The notes under the pieces were generated by a model. That model was given only the letters and a program-made list of their open reading frames with translations, searched no databases and had not been told where the DNA came from. Positions 55,051-64,000 of a stretch of 64,000 nt of DNA are shown piece by piece. The position numbers and the translations under genes were made by a program. Position 1 is the first letter of the stretch. The number at the start of each line of letters is the position of its first letter. The stretch is taken from NCBI RefSeq assembly GCF_009914755.1, contig NC_060948.1. The stretch is one strand, 5' to 3'. Source of the DNA: the human T2T-CHM13v2.0 reference genome, Homo sapiens.

Positions 55051-56429
55051 GCCATGTAGAGCATAACATGTAAATTTCAAATAACCTTTTATTTTTCTAG
55101 CAAACTGTGGGATATGAGTCAAATTGCCTGTTTAGGAATGCCAGATTTCTTATCATGCTGTGTGCTTCAAAATGATAAGAAAAGATAATTAATTGGTATT
55201 GATTACTCCTTGTCCCATAAATACAAGTACTGAGGGATGGTTGCTGTCATTACATTTACATAGTGAGATTCCCATTAGTTGTTTCCATTATACTAACCAC
55301 TATGGCTGAAATGATTAACTCATAGCCTCAATATTTCCAGTTATCATACTTTTCTACTAATCATCTCTTTAATTAACCAGATAGTAACGGTCACATTACA
55401 TAAAACATATGACTTACTCTTCCGTATTATGACATATCAGCCAGTAAGAGGTGTACATTTATTATCCATCCTGTATCACACATTTAATTATAAACATGTG
55501 CTTTTTGTCATCCCTGATGAGTATTGGCTAGTAACTCATGATGATTTTTTATCATATTTAAGCAGTGTTAAATGTGTACAATGTTAGGATATTCAAGGGC
55601 TCAAATAATTTTTGAATAATTTTTCGATTGCTATTGAATTCTGCTATTGGCAGACATCATTTATATCAATATCTTCTTTCAGATATTTTAGTTACATGTT
55701 TAAAAGCTGTACTGGAATATCAGCATAGAAAAATTCTCCACATAAGAGAGCAATTCAGGTTCTATGAGATGTTATATTTAAAAATATATCTTTATTCTAT
55801 GCAGGATTTCATAATGCATGTATTGTAGATTTCTTATAGCCTAGCAATAATGATATTTAAGAGAAGTCACAGAAAGAGTCATGTTAAGGGCAAAAGCCAC
55901 AACAAAACAGATTATACCTAGTAATAAAACTAAAGCTATGATTGTATATGTGCTAACAAAAGATGCCTCTTCTATGGCTGAATCACTTTTGAAAGTATAT
56001 GCTTTTCTTTACTTAAAACATATGCACACTTTTAAGAAAACATCTTTGACTGTGTATTCACCTATTTAAGTGTCATGTTTTTATTATTATAGACTGAAAA
56101 TATCTAAGTGAAATGCTCTGGATTAATCGCACACATTTTAGTTGGATAAATTAATTTCTGTTACCTATAAACTACTTCCACATTTTACTTTTTAACACCT
56201 ACTTTAACCTTTACAACCACATTAGCCTCTGCATTATTACCATTGGTGCACACCTGGATAAGACTCCAGAATCTGTAAATTAATTTCTGGAATATGTAAA
56301 ATAGCATTCACATGTTCATTTTCTCTTGCCATCAGATCTTTTAAGTTGCTACAATGTTTAATATTGATTTGCCTTTTTCAAACCTAAGAAAAGATTTTAG
56401 ATGTTGGCAATAACATTGCTTTGTAATGT

Positions 56430-56725
56430 CTTCTTTTCTGAGACAGGGTCTTACTCTATCACCCAGGCTGGAGTGCAATGTCACGATCATGGCTCTTTGC
56501 AGCCTTGAACTCCAGGGCTCCAATTGATACTCCCACTTAAGCCTGCCGAGTAGCTGGGACTACAGGCATGTGCCACCATGTCTCTCTAATTTTTATTTTT
56601 ATTCTTTATACAGATGAGGTCTCACTTTGTTGCCAAGGCTGGTCTTGATCTCTTGGCGTCAAATGAAGCTGCTGCTTCAGCCTCCCAAAATACTGGGATT
56701 ACAGCATAAGCCACCACACCTGGCC
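56430..56725 (-). mobile_element. Alu (AluJ-like)
   Basis: gagacagggtcttactctatcacccaggctggagtgc...gggattacagcataagccaccacacctggcc. Confidence 0.93.
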
Positions 56726-56839
56726 TTTGCTTTGTATTTTTAATATGTTCCATGTCTGAGTTGACTTTGTGGGGGTTCTTCAATATGCTATCAGTACTGA
56801 ACCTTTGTGGGTCAAAAACTGTTTTAAAATGTAGGTTTT

Positions 56840-57360
56840 ATTATTACTGAGATATGGCAAGTCCAAGAGATCAAGAGATAACTGCTATAAACAGTTTGTG
56901 CTCACAGTTCCTATGGGTTGAAGGCTTGCCACACCATGGAGGGCCACATAGGAGAGCACCACCAGCATTGATCAGGAGTCAGGATGGGTGTGGTCAAAAA
57001 AGGTATGGCATGGTAAGAATTTTGAATTGCATTTTTCACATAAATGAATGGGTGAGGCAAGGTAAGCAGGTTTAGGATTGGCTGGTTTGAATAACTTCAG
57101 TAGAATCCAGTGTGAAGGGGCTTCCCCTAGATGTCTCATACCTGGTCCTGGGATGATGAGGACAGTGAAATAGAAATGTGGAGTATGAGAGACCAGTAAA
57201 GGAGGTGGTTAGGGTGTGGCCTCTGGACTGGTTGGTTTGCATATAAAAGGCAAACATGCACTTGGTTCTTTACGATGTTTAGGAACTGGCTAATTCTAGG
57301 AGGTATAGCTCCCTCAAGGTCAGCAAAACTCCAAAATGTCAAAGTGTTAGAATTAAATTC
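56840..57360 (-). mobile_element. Old ERVL-class LTR (MER54/73/74-like)
   Basis: ggattggctggtttgaataacttc...gactggttggtttgcatataaaaggc...aggaactggctaattctaggagg...gtcagcaaaactccaaaatgtcaaag. Confidence 0.55.
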
Positions 57361-57549
57361 ATGCTTAAAACAAAAACATCTGCCCTAAACATCTTTCCAC
57401 AGTGTATTCCTTTTAAGATCATTTCCATTTGCTTCTTGGGTTGTATTTAAGACTGTAGTTATACAGATACCTATTATTTCTTTAATAGTCCATGTTTTCT
57501 CAGCAGGAGGAATCTCTTTCCACCTTTTATTTCCTCAGTCCACTTCTGA

Positions 57550-57985
57550 TCTGGCAGCAACCAAAGTGAACAACTTCAAGTGATCTCTGACTCATCTTTA
57601 ATCCATGGCATTATACTTCAAGAAAACACTGGGAATCTTTCTGCATTCTGGCCCAAGTTCTTCCATTCCATGTGAGCTCATGGGGTCTTTGAAAACAGCT
57701 GAGAAGTTGAAGAGAGAGAGTCACAATCCCTTAGGATAAGTGCCCATACACGGTGGGCAAGATTCAATTTTCTTATGATATCCCACATCTCTCAGAAGCA
57801 GCTGGCATCATCACAAAAATAAAATGTGTCCACTACAGCATCAGTTAATATGTTTGCCCTAGGATAAAATCCTGCAGGGATGGGACACCAACTTTCAAGA
57901 CACATTTTATGCAGCTAAACAACGACCTGTATATGATGCTCTGTCATCAATAACTAGTGGTACACAGGTATCCAGGAACTAATGT
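57550..57985 (+). mobile_element. Ancient ERVL integrase fragment
   Basis: tcttatgatatcccacatctctcagaagcagctggc (SY.IPH..EAAG), ctgcagggatgggac (LQGW), aaacaacgacctgtatatgatgct (QRP.Y); same motif order as the HERV-L integrase at 11050-11260. Confidence 0.65.
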
Positions 57986-58321
57986 GTGATAGTAGGTGTG
58001 TCCTCTTTTCTCACAATTTTGAGTTACCCTTTTGCAGAACTTGGGGCTTCCTTGTATGCAACTGGCCCGTCTGCAACATGGCAGTCCTGGTTCCAAGGCA
58101 TCAAGATACAGCCAAGGGTTGCTCTCAATCTGAATGTACTCTTATCACTTATCACCTTAGGCTCTTCATGGCAGTGGGCCAGAAGCAAATAAATGAGATA
58201 TTATATTGATAGAAGTTTATCCTTAAGTGTTAGAAATGATGGATTATAATGGGGCAAGGAAGAGCATGTCTGGAACTTGGGACATTTACTAGGCTGTGGT
58301 CCAATAAAGCAAGGCAATGAA

Positions 58322-58868
58322 AGGGACATGCCTTGTCTCAGATGAGACTATAGACTTTGAGCATTTGAGTTAATGCTGGAGTGGGCAAGTTTGGGGGACT
58401 ATTTGGAAGACCTCATTGTATTTTGCAATGTGAGAAGAACATGAGATTTGTGAGAGGTCAGGGTAAAATGATATAGTTTGGTTATTTGTCTCTGCCAAAT
58501 CTCATGTTCAATTGTAATCCACAATGTTGGAGGTGAGGCCTGGTGGGAGGGGTTTGTGTCACAGGGGGTGGATCTCTCATGGCTTGGTGCTATCTTTGCA
58601 ATAGTTCATGTATTCGCATGATATCTGGTCAGTTAGAAGTTTGTGGCACCTCACCCTTGATCTCTTTCTTGTTCTATTCTTGCCATGTGCCGTGTCTGCT
58701 CCCTTCTGCCTTCTGTCATGATTAGAAGCTTCCTGAGGCCTTTCCAGAAGCAGATGCTGCTCTGCTTCCTGTACAGCCTGCACAACCCTGAGCCAATTAA
58801 ACCTCATTCATTATAAATTGCCCAGTCTCAGATATTTGTTTATAGCAGTGCAAGAATGGCCTAAAACA
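58322..58868 (+). mobile_element. MST-int 3' end plus MSTA/B LTR (LTR 58469-58868)
   Basis: gccttgtctcagatgagact...gagttaatgctgga...atgagatttg then tgatatagtttgg...aaatctcatgtt...gagccaattaaacctc...tttatagcagtgcaagaatggcctaaaaca. Confidence 0.9.
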
Positions 58869-59604
58869 CTGATATTTCTGTGGAAGAGCTGTGAAGATGT
58901 ATATCACTATTGTTTCCAATCCAAATACCAACTTAGATATATTTATTTCTCTATTAAACAAAAATAATTATTGCCTTCTATCCACTATTTGTGTAGATAT
59001 CTGACAGTATCTTCTGATATTTAAGGCTCATAATATATAGAATAGCAGCTTATAACATGATTGTGTAAAATTAAACTTTCCAAGCTATAAAACTACTCAC
59101 CAGTCATTTAGGGAGAAGTGGCCTTTTCATTTCATTTATGTAATTATTTATTTATTTATTTATTATTGCCTTGGCAGAAACAAAATATCCTTTTTTTATT
59201 TCTTTTGTAGGAACGAAACTGCCATCATCTTTGGAATTTGCATGTTCTTGCTCCTTGAGGCTATTTTTGGATTTTATACCCCACAAATTCAAAGACTTAT
59301 TATCTTATGAAAAGTGAAACCAAAAGGAAAACATATTGATTTTCAAAAGGTGTGAATGTAATTTCTCTCTGGCTTCTCTTCTTTGTTTAATGCTTTTGTA
59401 TTTGAATGGTAGAATGTATACTTTTAGTGTGGAGGATGCTTGTTTAATGATATTTACACATGTGAAATGCCTGCCACCGTATTGATGTATTTTATTAAAA
59501 CAAGAGCTCTATTAGAGAATATAAATTTTTCTCTAAAATTTAGACTGGTACATAGAGGAAATATTAAAATGCAAATTTCAGTTTGGTATTTTGTTCCTAT
59601 TTAC

Positions 59605-59866
59605 CTTTTCTTTTTTTTTTTTTTTTTTGAGATGGAGTCTCGCACTGTTGCCCAAGCTGCAGTGCAGTGGCATGATTTCCACTAACTGCAACCTCCGCTT
59701 CCCAGGTTCGAGAGATTCTCCTACCTCCCAGCTAATTTTTTGTATTTTTAGTAGTGACAGGGTTTCAATACATTGGCCAGACTGGTCTTGAACTCCTGAC
59801 CTCTTGATCCACCAACCTCAGCCTCCCTAAGTACTGGGATTACAGATGTGAGCCACCACACCTGGC
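59605..59866 (-). mobile_element. Alu (AluS-like) with an internal deletion in the right arm
   Basis: gagatggagtctcgcactgttgccc...ctcctacctcccagctaatttt skips the gagtagctgggattacagg segment. Confidence 0.92.
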
Positions 59867-60490
59867 CCCCATTTAGTTTGTTTTTAAAAACCTCTGAAGA
59901 CTTTCAAAGACCCTTCTGAATTGGTTAGGATAAACCATAATAAATAAATCTAATTTCAGATTCTAGACCTCTTTTCCCTATTAAGTTACTGATTTCAGGA
60001 AAACTACCCTGATTTTTCTCCTCCAGCATTGATAACTCTTCTATTGCTTCCTCATTTTCATTGTTTACTTCCAACCTCCCATTTCCTGACCCAATATTCA
60101 AAAAATAAAATGACATAGCTCTGATTTTTTTACAATGCTTATTACAAACATCGTAGACATTAAAAGTAGAAATATTCATGGTTTTGTCATTGGATTCACT
60201 TGGGATCAGTGTTCTAAATGTTGTTTTCTTCACTTTGTATCAAATCCAACTTCAATTTCTATGGGAAGACTTGCTTTATCACTCATATAGCATTTCCCTT
60301 CTCTCTTGCTGCATCTTATCTTTATCCCAGGACTAAACATGGAATATGATTTACTGAAAAAGTTCACAAATTCAGAAGTTATCATAGAGAAACAGGTAAG
60401 GGTTTGAGAATAGGGTATGTGTTTTTATTACAATAGAATTGGCTCACCCTTCAATGGCTATTGGTTGTGTTAATGCTGGAGGGGTTACCG

Positions 60491-60676
60491 AATCAGAATG
60501 CTTAAAAACGCTAAATATGGAAGGCTAGTAGACTGTAACTGAGAGCTGGCATTGTATCATGGGGTGGGATGGTGAGGGGATGCTTGACAACCAAATGTTG
60601 TTGGAATAGTCAAACTTTCATTACTGGAATTGTGCTGCTTAAGAACAGGGAAACAAAACCATTCCTCCAATGCATG
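60491..60676 (+). repeat. Donor copy of a ~190-bp local duplication (partner 61609-61797)
   Basis: aatcagaatgcttaaaaac...ctgagagctggcattgtatcatggggtgggat...aatagtcaaactttcat...ggaaacaaaaccattcctccaatg is shared by both copies. Confidence 0.95.
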
Positions 60677-61526
60677 AAGAAAAACATCTAACTTATTGAA
60701 TTTATATTTTTCAGAAGCAGAGAGAAATGTTCCTAGTGTTATGAGCCCTCTTCAGGTTGCTTTGTGTTTGTGCTGTCTCACCATTTTCTGATCAACATTA
60801 ATCGATATATGCCTTTTGTGTATTTTCTCAAATCTTGAAAGAAAAATTCAAGTCTCCAACATTTCTTTCTTTGTAGCTTTTCTCATTCCTTAAATGAATA
60901 AATGTGCATCTTGATCTTAGTCAAGTCCTAATGGATTGTGTATTTTCTACAAAGCGGAATTTTAAACATGCCATCCTCATAAATGCTGAAGGGTAAAATT
61001 AAAATTTCTGCTGTATCGAACATAGACCTTTTAACGTCCCCAAAAATGTAAATATCACTCTTGGGCTAAATTAATAAGCTATTTAAATCCCTGCAGAAAC
61101 TTATTTCTGTATATTCAATATCAAAAGCACAAAATTGCAGTTTTGGGCTGAAGAGGCTAACACAAATGACATAGCAGGTGCCTGTGTTCTGTGTGGGGAA
61201 TTCTAGATCTCAAATTAACTTTGTATATCAAGGAAGAGCCAAAAAGGAAAAGAAATGTAATTAAAAGGAACCAATGTAATTTTAAATATTTTAGTAGAAA
61301 AAATTTAAAGTTAACCTCATGAAGACATTTTGCCATCACTGGAGAGAAGATGATGTTTCTTTTTGTTTGTTTGTTTGTTGTCTGCATTGGATTCCTGAAT
61401 TTTTCTGCCATCCTACCAAGAAGAGTGCAACTTTCTATGTTCTTGCTATTTGCAAAAATTTCAAGTCTTAGTGTCTTCATGTTTCTCTCTTTCTTGCTAT
61501 TGCTAAAGCTTTAAAATCATTGTCTA

Positions 61527-62888
61527 TGTTGCAAGTTGAATTGTGTCACCCAAAAAGGTTTGTTGATACCCTCCATCTTGAACAACTGTTGCTGTGACTT
61601 TATTTGGAAATCAGAATGCTTAAAAACATTAAATTTGAAAGACTAGTGAACTGTAGCTGAGAGCTGGCATTGTATCATGGGGTGGGATACTGAGGGAATG
61701 CTTAACTTCCCTATGTTGTTTCAATAGTCAAACTTTCATATCCAGAATCATGCTACTTAAAAAGAACAAGGAAACAAAACCATTCCTCCAATGAATGCTT
61801 GGAAATAGGATCTCTTTAAATAAGTAATTAAGATGAAAGTTAAGAGGAGGTCATGCTGGAGTGAACTTCAGCCTTAATCCACCATGACTGGTATCTTTGT
61901 TAACAGGAGAAGATAAAACTGACATTACAAAATTATAACTGCGAGAGTGAAAGACATCTGACTTAACCAGCTCCGTTTTGCTTGTAACTTCTAAACTCTC
62001 CTTGTGCATTCCTGGGTGTAGGCTGAAATAACTTTGGGAGGAATTTAGTTTATAGTTTAAGACAAAGAAGATAATAATCCTTTCCCAGAACAAACCTCCT
62101 ACTTTCCTGGGGATTAGACTACCTTTGAACAACTAACAAATTAGCCACAAGATTAGAAATTATGGCATAGGATTCATGCAGCTGGAGGCTACAAGATTCT
62201 GACCCTCCTTAATCTGCTCCTAAGATCAGTGATACAGATATTTTGTAGACCCTGCACTTGATGAATTAGCTAGAACCACCCAGATTGATAGACTGGCTCA
62301 TCTGCTCTTCTGTCCCCCACCCAGGAACAGACTCAGTGCAAGAGGACAGCTTCAGTTCCCTACTGTTTCATCTCTGACCCCACCAGTCAGCACTCTAAAC
62401 TTACTGGCCTTCCCCCACACACCAGATTATCCTTAAAAGCTCAGATCCCCAAATGCTCACAAAGACTGATTTGAGTAATAATAAAATTCCAGTCTCCCAC
62501 ACAGCTGGATCTGCATGAATTACTCTTTATTGCAAGTCCCCTGTCTTGAGAAACTTGTTCTAGCTAGGCAGTGGGCAAGGTGAACCAACTGAGTGGTTAC
62601 AAAGAGACACAAAGACAGACACACAATTAAAAGACTGTTATGTTAAAAGACAGACACACAGAGACAACATCATAAAAAGGCTAGAGAGAAGCAACTGTAA
62701 GCCAAGGAACACTAAAGACTGCAAGAATCCCAAGAAATCAGGAGCAGGGAATGGAATAGATTCTACCCATATTCTCAGAAAGAGTGAGTCCCTGCCAACA
62801 CCTGAAATTCAGACTTCTGGATTCCAGAACTGTGAGCGAATTCATGTCTGTTGTTCCCAGCTATCCACAGTCCCAGGAATCTAATTCA
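61527..62888 (+). mobile_element. MLT1C-like LTR interrupted by a templated insert (61612-61798) and by an LTR8
   Basis: tgttgcaagttgaattgtgtc...gtgactttatttggaaat[..]aggatctc...gactggtatc[..]aagccaaggaacac...ccctgccaacacctg...ccagaactgtgag...ctaattca. Confidence 0.82.
61914..62601 (+). mobile_element. LTR8-family solo LTR
   Basis: taaaactgacattacaaaattataactg...gactgatttgagtaataataaaa...ggcagtgggcaaggtgaacc...ggttaca; 4-bp TSD aaga (61910-61913 / 62602-62605). Confidence 0.88.
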
Positions 62889-63189
62889 GTCATTATTTGT
62901 GTGTTTTTTCTCCCACATTTCTGTGTCATATGGTTGAATCTTTGTCAATTGTCATTTTTTGATTCATAATCTATCTGGCTACTTTTCTTTTATCCACTTC
63001 TGATTTGTTTTCCCTGTATCCTCCCTAACTGTCAAGACACTGAATCAATTGGGAAGAGGGAGAAGAGCATGAAGAACACTGTGGTTTTCTCCCCTCATGA
63101 TTCATTGCTGGAGAGGACATGGATCTATACCCTTCTTTCCTTCCTGTGGGGTAGTTGAGTGGATTCCACAGGAAAAAATATATACTTCC

Positions 63190-63511
<322 letters not shown>

Positions 63512-64000
63512 TAAAGCAACACTCAAAACCAATTTTCCTGTTCTTGTTAGCAACATTATGTCTCACTTTCCTATCCTATCTCCTCAGAATTGAGAAACAT
63601 ACTTCTCTATTTTATTATGGTCTTATACAAATTATGACCATGATTTTCATCTTAGAGAGCCTAAGAAATGCTTTTATTTTCATGTTTTGGAGACACCTAC
63701 AAACTTGATGGTGACATATGATGATTAAGATATTACATTTAGTTTTAGATACTATCATATCCACGTACTCTGAAATTTATAAAGAAAAGTTGCTTTTCAT
63801 TTCACCTAGTCTACTGAGAAAACAATATTCCTTTCTGTACCTAAGTCAATGAAGAGGTAAGTATAATATCTGCACCATATCCTCAACACTGTATTTGGTC
63901 TATATTTCAAATGAACTAGTTCATTTTCTTCCCAGGTCTAAGTGAGACAAACTTCTATACATTTTGAGACATTAACACAAATCCAGAAGTTTATCCCATT

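Overview
AT-rich primate (most likely human or great-ape) genomic DNA that is intergenic or deep intronic and dominated by transposable elements. I see no host exon, tRNA, rRNA or CpG island. Main contents: (1) a near full-length minus-strand HERV-L provirus with two MLT2A LTRs (9455-16512), nested in an old L1MA. (2) A near full-length plus-strand ERV9/HERV-W-supergroup provirus with LTR12-type LTRs (17774-27147), nested in an MLT1 LTR and carrying an AluY. (3) Three L1PA insertions, two of them 5'-inverted with probable 3' transductions. (4) About 15 Alus, several solo LTRs, MIR/L1M relics and microsatellites. All gag/pol/env and L1 ORFs are broken. Most notable observations: an intact 53-aa ORF with two hydrophobic segments between pol and env of the ERV9-like provirus (below the ORF-track cutoff); a tRNA-Pro-type PBS; an 8-bp target duplication with a damaged left LTR end; and a high density of locally templated insertions and duplication-inversion-duplication scars, three of which copy 125-190 bp from about 1.1 kb upstream. 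Family and subfamily names come from recalled consensus similarity, not from a database search.
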